From IMG/VR virus record IMGVR_UViG_3300042090_002148: a stretch of 64,000 nt of DNA; one strand, 5' to 3'. A program made the translations under genes and the position numbers. Each line of letters starts with the position of its first letter. Position 1 is the first letter of the stretch. The DNA comes from a virus. Below the pieces are notes generated by a model that worked only from the letters and a program-made list of their open reading frames with translations, did no database searches and had not been told where the DNA came from. Shown piece by piece: positions 53,972 to 63,119 of the stretch.

Positions 53972-54525
53972 CGGGAGCTCCAGATCGCAGTCAGTTCATC
54001 CGCGAAGCCTGCGTACGTGACGGACGAGATCTTCGTGAGGGTCTTCTTTTCCGAGAGTAGCGCCTTGAGACGTTCCATGGGTACTTCCTTGATGGGGCCC
54101 AAGAACTTGCTCGTGTTGTAGTGCACGAGGTACAGCTTGCGTGCCTCGTCCAGGCTGTCGCAGCCGAGCATGACCTTGTCCTCGTCGTAGTCTCCGTTGT
54201 CTTTCTTCTGGTGGACGACGTAGGCGTTTACGGCATCCTTGCTCGGCCCGACGTAGCAGTCGACCCCCTCGTCGTCCGCTCCCTTGCTCCCGACGATGTA
54301 CCCGTAGGGTGCTTTCATCAAGGTGTGCCAGGGCTTACCGTCCTTGTCGTGACCAGAGCGCGTGCTGCCTTTCTTGTTCTCGACGGCGATGTGCAGCCCC
54401 TGGAAGGACATGTGCCCCTCGAGCTTGTACTTCTTGGGCGGGTGCTTCTTCTCCGTCAGCTTCTCCGGGTACTTCCCCTGCGTACGGTGCTCCATCCGTA
54501 CCACCCTTTGCGCAAGCTCGGTCAT
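53968..54525 (-). CDS. Stand-alone InPase (phage inorganic-pyrophosphatase-like domain), ~185 aa
   Basis: IAVENKKGSTRSG..W..M..PYGYI.GSKGADDEGVD.YVG..YVVHQ..DEDKVMLG..AR..YL.HY; start re-placed at ATG 54525 (TGATG overlap). Confidence 0.8.
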   Translation of the reverse strand: MTELAQRVVRMEHRTQGKYPEKLTEKKHPPKKYKLEGHMSFQGLHIAVENKKGSTRSGHDKDGKPWHTLMKAPYGYIVGSKGADDEGVDCYVGPSKDAVNAYVVHQKKDNGDYDEDKVMLGCDSLDEARKLYLVHYNTSKFLGPIKEVPMERLKALLSEKKTLTKISSVTYAGFADELTAIWSSR

Positions 54526-57500
54526 CAGAGCGCCCTGTAGCTGACGTAGGTGCCAGCGGTGAGATCCGTGTCGAAGGACCAGGCCACCGACTGCCCCATG
54601 GTGACGAGGATGTTCTCCCAGAGCACCTCCACATCCGACGGAGATCCGGCTGTCGAGTGGATGAAGCAGGTGATGGTGTCCCCTCCTACCACGGCGAGGC
54701 TGACCGTGGTCTCGAGGATGAAGTCGCCCACCGTAGTCGTGAAGTCGATGGTTTCGATGGTGACGTTGTTCTGCTTGATGATGAGCGCGAACGAGTTGTG
54801 CGCGTAGAGCGCGTTCACCCGGATCTCGAGGGAGACCGAGTTGAGGGTGCCCGACGAGAGCAGCACCATCGGTTCGCCGATCATCTTCCCTGGCGTCGCG
54901 ATGGGGATGTAGTCCGTGAGTCCCGAGTCGAACTCTGCGACCACCGAGTTGTAGACCGGAAGGTCGAACATGAAGACGCTGTCGAAGATGGGTTCGCTGG
55001 TCCCGATGGTCGTCGTGAGCGTAGCGAACGCCGCATCCTCGGGGCAGAGGTACTTCTTGTCGAAGGCCCAGAGGATGGGGAGCGTGGGGTTGGGCCACGT
55101 CGCGTCCGCGAACGGGCTCTGGTCGAACTGGTTGCGCCACCCGCCGCCGGCCGAGTTCGGCTGATCGAACATGGTGGCCACGCCGATGTAGCCGTTCGTG
55201 CAGGCGCCGTCGTAGATGTAGAGCGTCCCAGTCGCCAGCACCGAATCGGAGACCGAGACTGACGTGGACGGAATCGTCTCGAGCACGACGAAGAGCGGGT
55301 ACGTGTACGTCGGCTTGATGCGGTTGATGAACGTCTGGCAGAAGAGCAACGCCTGGAGGTTGAAGGCCGACGCATCGACCTGCACCAGGAACTTGAAGAA
55401 CTTCTCGACCTCGAAGAAGTCTCCCTGCTCGAGGTACCCTTGGAACCAGGTCGGGTTGCTGACGTAGTCCTCGACGAGCACTCCCGTGACGAGGGGTGAG
55501 AACTGCTGGACCGTGTCCCCGACAGCGTACGGCTTTCCGGTGGCGGGGTTGGTCTCGAGGCTGAGCGAGACCGGGTACGTGTACGACCGCACGATGGCTG
55601 CGGTGCTCGCGTCCTGGACAAGGATGCGTCCCTGCGTCTGACTGAAGTCGCTGCGGATCTCGACGATGGTGCCTGTCTGCTCAGCGAAAGGCAGCCCCAG
55701 CAGGATCTGGGTGCCGACTCGGAGGTTGAAGACCGTCGGGCCGTTCCAGTACGCGTACCAGAGCCCCTGCACCGACGAGAGGTAGTCGATGTTCGAGGGA
55801 AGCTGGGCAAGGTCGTCGAGCGTGAACTCCGCAGGGATGCCGAAGTTCGCCTCGATGGTTGGGCGGTTGTCCAGGTAGCTGGTCTCGGCCCACATCCGCG
55901 CTGGCGGAGGAGCTCCTTCCCAGACGTCGGGTCCGCCGGCGTCTGCGGGCACGGGCGTGACGAAAGCAAGAGCGGACGCGCCACGGAACGTCGTGAAGAA
56001 GAAGTCGACGTTCCGACGGAGCACCTGCGTGTCGTCGGTGTTGACGATGAGCTCCTGCAGGAGCGGGATGTCGACGATGAGCGGGTCGAGCGGGATGTAC
56101 TTCCGGCGCAGCACACTCGCCAGAGAGACCGTGTACACCGAGGGCTGCGCCAGGTAGACGCCGACAGGCGTGGCGTCCACCGGCAGGCTTCTCGTCACCT
56201 GCGAACTCGAACCCAGCACCACCGACGTGACTGACATCGGTGCCTGCGTCGAGTTCTGCACGACCTGGAAAGTGACGATGTCCCCGGCCTCACACATCCC
56301 GTTCCAGAAGTCGAGGTCGGTGGAGGTGGCTGTGCCCGAGATGGACCAGGAGGTTCCGCAGGGGATGGGCAGCGGATCGAGCAGCGTGATCCGCTGGAAG
56401 TAGAAGGGGTCACTCGAGACGTCTACGACGCGAGCGATGCGGTACGCCACCCCGTCCACGCAGAGGAACGAACCGGAAGGGATGTTGAGGAACTGCAGGC
56501 TCGAGTCGACGTAGTACGTGTTCGTGCCGAGTGCGGCACCTGCCGTCCCGCTGGGGGCCTCGATGGTCTCCCCGACCGGGTAGAGCGGCGAGGTGCTCGA
56601 GGAGAGGACCGTGATGGGGTAGTCCGCGTCGATGCGAAGGATCGTGGATGTCCCGAGACGGTTGTCGATGGCGTTCACGACGATGGAGCTGTCGTACTGC
56701 TGCAGGATGTTCTGGATCACCTGCTGGATCGACGAGGGGGTGTACGGATCGGTGTGGACGAACGGGATGACCACCGGCGCAGTGCGCGTCGAGAGCTGCA
56801 GGTCAAGATGCGTCCCAGCGACGCCGGAGATGCCCGTGTTCGGGATGAGGATGCTCGGGAGCCCGCCGAAGATGGCGCTCACCGAGGTCACTCCGATGAG
56901 GTTCGGGTTCTCCTGCATGAGCAGGTCGTAGTGAAGCCAACGCCGCTGGAACGTGCGCTGGATGTCTCGGAGGCTCTTCCCGTAGTTCACCTGCCAGAGC
57001 GTCAGGAGCTCGGCCGCGGCGACCTGCGCCAGGCCCTGCCAGAACGCGGTGATGCGCTCCGTGCCGTCCACCAGGCTCCAGAAGTCCGAGAGGTAGTTCC
57101 AGACGAACGAGAGGTCTGGGATGCACCCGCGTGCGATGGCGGACTCGACGACGTTCACCACCATCGTCGTCGGCACGGAGAAGACGGCGCCGTCGTAGAC
57201 GGTGAGCTGGAACTTGAAGAACCCGGGAACGTCCGGGTAGAACGTCGGCGTCGGGCTCGTCGGGGTGTTGATGCCGTTCTGCGGCAGATACGAGAACGCC
57301 GTCGCGGAGCTCAGGCTGTCGGGCAGGTCGAACTCGGTGATCTCCGCGTAGAAGCCGTGGAGCATGTCCGTGCCCACGGTGACGATGGAGTACGGGATGC
57401 CTTGGACAACAAGAACACCGCCCGGCTGGATCGGGCTGAGCGCGTTCACCTGCGCGAGCGAGGCCGAGTAGAGGAGGTTAGTGAACCCCGTCGGCATCGC

Positions 57501-58448
57501 GAGCGGGTACGTGAAACCGTCGGTCAGCGTGTAGATGTACTGGCTGGTCGGCGGAGCGTCGATGAGCTCCCAGTAGTAGGTGAGAGACGCGCCTTGCGGG
57601 TCTGTGCTCGCGGTTCCGTCGAGCTGGAGGATCTCGCAGAGCTGGATGGCCTGGTCCGGGCCAGGGTCCGCGCTCGGAGGGATAGCGGGGATGAGCACAC
57701 CAGCGCCGAGCGCGATGCTCTGGATGGCCACCGTGACGGGAGCCGGATTGCACCGCACCGAGACCACCGAGAGACTCAGCGGGGTCTGCGCCGCGCTCGA
57801 GGACGGGATGACCGGGAGGATGTACTTCAGCTGGTGCCCTAGCGCCTGGTAGTCCGCCTCCGGGGTGACGTAGACGTAGACCGTGCCGGTGGACCAGCTG
57901 ACTGCCACGAGCACGACGAAAAGCTCGTCTTCCCCGACCAGCGTCTGGCTGTTCGGCAGCGGCATGACCGGCGTGTCGAGGACGATGTTGCCGTCCGTAT
58001 CGAAGTGAACCGAGCCGGTGTAGGCGATGCCCTCCTGTGAGAAGAACAGCCCCATGCAAGCAGCCGAGGGGCAGAACGTGCCGAAGTACGAGTGCGTGTT
58101 GACGATGTCGCTGAAGTCCGCGGGAAGGTCCGGCCACGACACGACGAACTGCATCGTGAAGTCTTGCGGGACATCCACCTCGAGAAGAACCGCCGCGGTC
58201 CCGGTGTTGGTGCCTCCAGACGTGAGGTCCTGGAAGTTGTTGTCGTCGATGGGGAACTGGTCGTCGCCGCCGAGCGCGATGACCTGGTCGTACGTCAGAA
58301 GAAGCGTGACGTCGTTGTAGTCACCTACGTAGTAGATGTTGAACGGGTCGACGAACGGGAGCGGTCCGCCCGAGCCTTCTCCCGATCCTCCCCACGGCGC
58401 CGAGCCCCACGGGGATTCACCCCACCCAATCGGCGTGCTTGGCGACAT
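54525..58448 (-). CDS. Large baseplate wedge-like protein with PKD/REJ Ig-like domains, 1307 aa
   Basis: GWGESPWG N-terminus; ADPGPDQ..LDGTASTDPQG..YYWEL and TFYPDVPG..FQLTV PKD motifs; YWNGPT..L..G..ILLGLP wedge-like block. Confidence 0.65.
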   Translation of the reverse strand: MSPSTPIGWGESPWGSAPWGGSGEGSGGPLPFVDPFNIYYVGDYNDVTLLLTYDQVIALGGDDQFPIDDNNFQDLTSGGTNTGTAAVLLEVDVPQDFTMQFVVSWPDLPADFSDIVNTHSYFGTFCPSAACMGLFFSQEGIAYTGSVHFDTDGNIVLDTPVMPLPNSQTLVGEDELFVVLVAVSWSTGTVYVYVTPEADYQALGHQLKYILPVIPSSSAAQTPLSLSVVSVRCNPAPVTVAIQSIALGAGVLIPAIPPSADPGPDQAIQLCEILQLDGTASTDPQGASLTYYWELIDAPPTSQYIYTLTDGFTYPLAMPTGFTNLLYSASLAQVNALSPIQPGGVLVVQGIPYSIVTVGTDMLHGFYAEITEFDLPDSLSSATAFSYLPQNGINTPTSPTPTFYPDVPGFFKFQLTVYDGAVFSVPTTMVVNVVESAIARGCIPDLSFVWNYLSDFWSLVDGTERITAFWQGLAQVAAAELLTLWQVNYGKSLRDIQRTFQRRWLHYDLLMQENPNLIGVTSVSAIFGGLPSILIPNTGISGVAGTHLDLQLSTRTAPVVIPFVHTDPYTPSSIQQVIQNILQQYDSSIVVNAIDNRLGTSTILRIDADYPITVLSSSTSPLYPVGETIEAPSGTAGAALGTNTYYVDSSLQFLNIPSGSFLCVDGVAYRIARVVDVSSDPFYFQRITLLDPLPIPCGTSWSISGTATSTDLDFWNGMCEAGDIVTFQVVQNSTQAPMSVTSVVLGSSSQVTRSLPVDATPVGVYLAQPSVYTVSLASVLRRKYIPLDPLIVDIPLLQELIVNTDDTQVLRRNVDFFFTTFRGASALAFVTPVPADAGGPDVWEGAPPPARMWAETSYLDNRPTIEANFGIPAEFTLDDLAQLPSNIDYLSSVQGLWYAYWNGPTVFNLRVGTQILLGLPFAEQTGTIVEIRSDFSQTQGRILVQDASTAAIVRSYTYPVSLSLETNPATGKPYAVGDTVQQFSPLVTGVLVEDYVSNPTWFQGYLEQGDFFEVEKFFKFLVQVDASAFNLQALLFCQTFINRIKPTYTYPLFVVLETIPSTSVSVSDSVLATGTLYIYDGACTNGYIGVATMFDQPNSAGGGWRNQFDQSPFADATWPNPTLPILWAFDKKYLCPEDAAFATLTTTIGTSEPIFDSVFMFDLPVYNSVVAEFDSGLTDYIPIATPGKMIGEPMVLLSSGTLNSVSLEIRVNALYAHNSFALIIKQNNVTIETIDFTTTVGDFILETTVSLAVVGGDTITCFIHSTAGSPSDVEVLWENILVTMGQSVAWSFDTDLTAGTYVSYRAL

Positions 58449-58460
58449 GTTCGAGCTCGC

Positions 58461-58489
58461 AGTCTAGGCCACAACGTGGGCGCATCCAA
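58461..58489 (-). promoter_or_regulatory. Sigma70-like promoter TTGGAT-17-TAGACT
   Basis: Occupies the 44-nt intergenic gap; -10 is 12 nt from ATG 58448. Confidence 0.5.
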
Positions 58490-58492
58490 GGA

Positions 58493-58864
58493 TCATAGGT
58501 TCGGGGCGATGGTGAACCTCGCGGTCTCCACCGTCGTGACGGTGCTCGTCAGATCCGTGAGAACCCACGTGAAGGTCATCGGGATGCGCACGTTGGGGAA
58601 GCTGCTGGTCATCGACGGCTGGATCGGGAAGATGGCCACGCCCCCAGGACCATCCGTGATGATGACCGAGCCGTCCTCCGTTGTGCCGCTGAGAAACACT
58701 GACGGGCTTCCGCAGACCGCGGTGAACACGAGCTTGCACCCCGTGATGTCGACTGGCGCCCCGTTCAGCAGCACGGTGACCTGCAGGACCCTCGAGTCTC
58801 CTCGCGGCATCCAGAGGTCGGCGATCTCCACGGGCTTCTTCGGCCATTGTCTGCTCTTGTTCAT
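58493..58864 (-). CDS. BppU-like baseplate/tail adaptor domain protein, 123 aa
   Basis: RGDSRVLQVTV..NGAPVDITG..I..GPGG.A.F.I.P..T. Confidence 0.6.
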   Translation of the reverse strand: MNKSRQWPKKPVEIADLWMPRGDSRVLQVTVLLNGAPVDITGCKLVFTAVCGSPSVFLSGTTEDGSVIITDGPGGVAIFPIQPSMTSSFPNVRIPMTFTWVLTDLTSTVTTVETARFTIAPNL

Positions 58865-61800
58865 CGGATCCTCGTTGTTCCTACAGCCGACGGAAGCATC
58901 GTGGTGATCCCGTAGGGTACCAGAGAGGGTGTGGCCGCCGGTACTGCCGAAGGCGCGACGATGGTTGCTGTGGGGGCTCCCACGAGCATCGCGGTCTGCC
59001 CTTCGGGGACGGGCAGGAACGTGGACACGCCGTACACCACGTCCACGGGCAGATCCGGCGGAACAACCACCGACGCAGCCTGTGGTGCACCAAAGAACGC
59101 CCCCGTCAGCAAGGCGCTCTGTCCCTGTGGCGTAGCCAGGAACACAGTGGAGCTGCGGGGGAACGGAAGAACAACCGTGTGTGACCGCGCACCGCTGAGG
59201 TCGCGGTGCACCACCGCCATCACGATGTCGTACGGCTCCTCGATGCTCTCGAGCAGGGCGCGGGCTCCGACGAAGCTGCGAACCACTGCGTCGAAGGGAG
59301 TACCAACCGACTCACCGATGGTCCTCCCCTCGACCGGGATGCGCGTGACCGAGTCGGTGGGGGTAGGCACGAGCTCGTTCAGAGCCCGGCTGAAGACGGC
59401 CGCACGGGCGACCATGCCAGCGGGATCTGCCAGGGCCTCGAGCAGGAGCCGGCTGCCAGCGAATGCGCGGACCACGGCATCGAGGGGCGCGGGGAGGCTC
59501 TCCATGAACGCGCGCGGGGCGGCATAGACCCCGCTCACGCTGTCGGTGGGCGTGGAGATGCTCTCCGCGATCGACCGCGTAAGGATGGGGGTGTTGCTTA
59601 CGCTGTCGGTGGGCGTGGGGATCAGCTCAGCGATCGGTCGCGTAAAGACGCCGGCACGACTTACGCTGTCCGCTATGGCTGGAATCAGCTCGAACACCGT
59701 CCGGTGTGCGCCGAAGACCCGGCTGAGGGCGTCGGTCGGAGCGGGGGCAGCCTCGCTCACAGCGCGCGCCAGAGCGACCTGCCGCAGGACGATGTCCACC
59801 GGAGAGGGCACCGTCTCTGCCTGGGCACGCGCGCCTACGAAGACCCGTGTGGGGGTGTCGCCGGGGGAGGGCACCGCCTCGGTCAGCATCCGCGTCTTGG
59901 GGGAGAGGCGGGTCACGGCGTCGGTCGGCGACGGGATGCTCTCGGCCAAGGCGCGGGGGAAGGCCGCCAGCCGCACCACCACATCCACCGGCGCCGGCAT
60001 CACCTCCTCGACCGTTCGGTAGGCGGCGGTCGTGCGCACCAGGGCATCCGAAGGAGCAGGCACCGTCTCGGCGATGCTGCGGTAGAGCATCTCCTGCCGA
60101 GACACGGCGTCGGTCGGCGTGATGACCGTCTCGCTGAGGGTGCGCAGGGCTGAGAGCAAGCCGACAACGCTGTCTGTGGGACTCGCGACACTCTCGCTGA
60201 AGGAGCGCGCTCCGATGAACGCCCGAGAGAGCGAGTCGCTCGGTGACACGATCGACTCGCTGATGCTCATCAGGTAAGGGATCCCGTGCGTGATCGAGTC
60301 CGTCGGAGTCGGGATGCTCTCACCCACGGAGCGGTACGCAGCGAGTACCCTCGCCACCGCGTCTGTCGGACTCGCCATGCTCTCCGAGACGCTGCGGTCT
60401 CCGGCGAAGACACGGGAAGGTGTGTCGCTCGGGCTCACGATGCTCTCCGCGACAGACCGAGCCGCCGCGAGCATGCGCAGAACAGCATCCACAGGAGTCG
60501 CTACGGACTCACTGAAGCTTCGGTAGCCGACGTAGAGACGCGACGGATCATCGACCGGCGAGCTCACAGCCTCGCTGATGGACCGCAGGACGGTCTGCGC
60601 TCGGGCCACTGCGTCTGAAGGAGTGCCGATGGCTTCCGTGGTCTGACGCTGGCCGGCGTACACACGCGCCGGCGCGTCACTCGGGGTGGGCACGGACTCA
60701 GAAAGTGTCCGAGACAGAACAAGCGCCCGAACAACAGCATCGACCGGACTGACCACGGTCTCGGAAAGCAAACGGTAGCCGACGAACACTCGAGTGGGTG
60801 CGTCGCTTGGTGCTGCCACGGCCTCGCTGAGACTTCGGGCAAGAGCGGCCTCGCGTGTTGGAGAATCCGACGGACTGGTGACCGTCTCGCTGAGGCTGCG
60901 GTAGTACGCCGCCATCCGCGTCACGGCATCGACCGGAGTACTCACCGACTCGGTGGCGGAACGCGCTGCCGCCACTGTGCGAGAGACAGCATCAGAAGGG
61001 CTGGTAACGGACTCCGACACGGAGCCGTAGAAGCCGGCCACCCTCGTCACAGCATCGCCCGGAGCCGCAACCGACTCACCGATGGACCTCGAGGTGGTGC
61101 TCAGCGCCGCGACCGCGTCTGAAGGGGTCGGCACCGACTCGGAGATGCCGCGATGGCCCGCGAATAGCCTCGACACGGCATCCGTAGGCGTGGCGACCGT
61201 CTCGCTCAAAGAACGGGCCACAACCTCCACCCGCGTGACAGCATCCGTCGGGCTCGTGACCGCTTCGGCGATGCTGCGGTAGCCGGAGAAGTCTCGCGTC
61301 GGAGTGTCTGTTGGCGTTGCCACGGACTCGTTGATCGAGCGGCTGTTCATCACTGCCCGCGCCACGGCGGCAGAGAGTGTGGTCACGGACTCCGCCGTTG
61401 AGCGTGCCTGGACTACGAGACGCGCAACTGCATCGGTGGGAGAGCTCACGGACTCGCTGGTCGATCGGGCAGCCGCGGTCGTGCGCGCCACGCTGTCTGT
61501 CGGTGAAGTGACGCTCTCTGCGATGCTCGCGTAGTAGGCCGCGACACGCGTCGGTGTGTCCGTGGGTGTAGCCACGCTCTCGGTGAGCGCGCGGGAAGAA
61601 ACTACTGCCCGAGCTGGACTGTCGGTCGGTGTGGCTACGGTCTCGCTGACCGCCCGGAAGAAGCCGACCACAGCAGTGACCGAGTCCGAGGGAGATGGGA
61701 CGCTCTCGGCGGTGCTGCGGCTTCCGGAGAATGCACGCGAGGGAGCGTCGCTGGGCGCGGTCACGCTCTCCGTGAGAGAACGAGACGCACCGACCACGCG

Positions 61801-63105
61801 AGAGGCTGAATCACTGGGCGCAGCCACCGCCTCGCTGATGGACCGTGCACCTGCGTAGGCGCGCGCGACAAGCGCCGAGGGAGTGGTGATCGTCTCCGTC
61901 GTGGAACGCGTGACAGCCGTCGCCCTAGCCACGGCATCGGTGGGCGAAGCGACCGATTCGGTGGTGGAGCGCACCGCCGTGGCCACGCGCGCAACAGAGT
62001 CGCTTGGAGTAGCGACGCTCTCTGCGATCGAGCGTGCCTCTGCGGTACTCCGGGTAACTGCATCGGTCGGCGTGGAGATGCTTTCGGTAGCTGCTCGAGC
62101 TCCAGCAAAAGAACGCGATGCTGCGTCGGTGGGGGTGGCAAGACTCTCCGAAAGAGCGCGAGCCACCACCACCAGACGCGCCAAAGCGTCGGCCGGCAGC
62201 GTGATGCTCTCGGCGGTGGCTCGGGCCACGGCGATGGCACGGCTGGCCGAGTCGCTGGGGGTGGTGATGGACTCAGCGACAAGCCGCGCTGCCGCCACCG
62301 CTCTCGCCATCGCATCCGCGGGAGAGCCGATGCTCTCGGTGGTGGTACGCGCCGCAGCTGCCGTGCGCGACACCGCGTCTGTCACCGCGGGCACGGACTC
62401 AGAGATGGCCCGAACGAAGCTGGCCATGCGCGCTGGTGTGTCTGTGGGCGTTGCGACGCTCTCAGGGACAGAACGCGAGGCCTGGAGCTGGCGGGTGACG
62501 GCGTCGGTTGGGGTAGACAGGGACTCCGAGGTCGCTCGAACAGCCCCACGTACTCGCACCACCGCATCTGAGGGAGCTGCCACGGACTCGGCGACAGACC
62601 GAGCTCCGGCGTAGGTGCGCGCAGGAGAATCACTGGGGTTACTCACCGCCTCACTGACGGCGCGCTGTAGAACAACTGCTCGTGCGGGTGAGTCGCTGGG
62701 TGAGGACACTGCCTCGCTGATCGTCCTCGAGCCAGAGTAGACACGGGCTGCTGCATCCGTGGCTGCTGCGATGGCCTCAGACACGGAGCGGAAGGTCGTA
62801 GTTGCACGTGTGGGCGAATCACTTGGGGTGGCGACAGATTCACCGATGGATCGCTGATAGGCGGCGGCACGGGCTACTGCGTCGGAGATACCACCGAAGC
62901 TCTCAGAGATGGAGCGCGCACCCACGAACGCGCGGGCGACCGAGTCGCTTACGCTGACGCTCTCGCTGATCGACCGCGTGTAGGGAGTACTGGTCGCCGT
63001 GTCCTGGAGGAGGTCGCCATCTAGGACGCCCTGCGGCTGCGCGGCGTCGTCGACCCACCCCGCGGGGACGAGCGTCGGATCGTAAAGGCCAAGAGGCAAA
63101 CCCAT
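58861..63105 (-). CDS. Highly repetitive putative fibre/virion surface protein, 1414 aa
   Basis: About 60 tandem 21-aa repeats; located in the tail operon; AGGAGG SD. Confidence 0.75.
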   Translation of the reverse strand: MGLPLGLYDPTLVPAGWVDDAAQPQGVLDGDLLQDTATSTPYTRSISESVSVSDSVARAFVGARSISESFGGISDAVARAAAYQRSIGESVATPSDSPTRATTTFRSVSEAIAAATDAAARVYSGSRTISEAVSSPSDSPARAVVLQRAVSEAVSNPSDSPARTYAGARSVAESVAAPSDAVVRVRGAVRATSESLSTPTDAVTRQLQASRSVPESVATPTDTPARMASFVRAISESVPAVTDAVSRTAAAARTTTESIGSPADAMARAVAAARLVAESITTPSDSASRAIAVARATAESITLPADALARLVVVARALSESLATPTDAASRSFAGARAATESISTPTDAVTRSTAEARSIAESVATPSDSVARVATAVRSTTESVASPTDAVARATAVTRSTTETITTPSALVARAYAGARSISEAVAAPSDSASRVVGASRSLTESVTAPSDAPSRAFSGSRSTAESVPSPSDSVTAVVGFFRAVSETVATPTDSPARAVVSSRALTESVATPTDTPTRVAAYYASIAESVTSPTDSVARTTAAARSTSESVSSPTDAVARLVVQARSTAESVTTLSAAVARAVMNSRSINESVATPTDTPTRDFSGYRSIAEAVTSPTDAVTRVEVVARSLSETVATPTDAVSRLFAGHRGISESVPTPSDAVAALSTTSRSIGESVAAPGDAVTRVAGFYGSVSESVTSPSDAVSRTVAAARSATESVSTPVDAVTRMAAYYRSLSETVTSPSDSPTREAALARSLSEAVAAPSDAPTRVFVGYRLLSETVVSPVDAVVRALVLSRTLSESVPTPSDAPARVYAGQRQTTEAIGTPSDAVARAQTVLRSISEAVSSPVDDPSRLYVGYRSFSESVATPVDAVLRMLAAARSVAESIVSPSDTPSRVFAGDRSVSESMASPTDAVARVLAAYRSVGESIPTPTDSITHGIPYLMSISESIVSPSDSLSRAFIGARSFSESVASPTDSVVGLLSALRTLSETVITPTDAVSRQEMLYRSIAETVPAPSDALVRTTAAYRTVEEVMPAPVDVVVRLAAFPRALAESIPSPTDAVTRLSPKTRMLTEAVPSPGDTPTRVFVGARAQAETVPSPVDIVLRQVALARAVSEAAPAPTDALSRVFGAHRTVFELIPAIADSVSRAGVFTRPIAELIPTPTDSVSNTPILTRSIAESISTPTDSVSGVYAAPRAFMESLPAPLDAVVRAFAGSRLLLEALADPAGMVARAAVFSRALNELVPTPTDSVTRIPVEGRTIGESVGTPFDAVVRSFVGARALLESIEEPYDIVMAVVHRDLSGARSHTVVLPFPRSSTVFLATPQGQSALLTGAFFGAPQAASVVVPPDLPVDVVYGVSTFLPVPEGQTAMLVGAPTATIVAPSAVPAATPSLVPYGITTMLPSAVGTTRIR
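59200..62976 (-). repeat. Coding tandem repeat, 63-nt (21-aa) period, about 60 units, consensus R-S-(I/V)-(S/A)-E-S-(V/I)-x-(T/S)-P-(S/T)-D-(A/S)-(V/P)-x-R-x5
   Basis: Read from the translation; repeats span aa 44 to ~1300. Confidence 0.85.
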
Positions 63106-63119
63106 CGCAGCCTCCTAGC

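Noticed and set aside
8163-55140. N-terminal extensions given by the track (5805..8438, 11330..17932, 19010..20524, 20104..21807, 53968..55140)
   Set aside because: They overlap other real genes; internal starts have SD, promoter or stop-start coupling support
10023-58448. Bacterial eCIS/T6SS island
   Set aside because: Terminase, portal and a full replisome indicate a phage
59200-62976. 63-nt periodicity as a CRISPR array or non-coding repeat
   Set aside because: In-frame coding repeat conserved at protein level with synonymous divergence; no constant repeat with unique spacers
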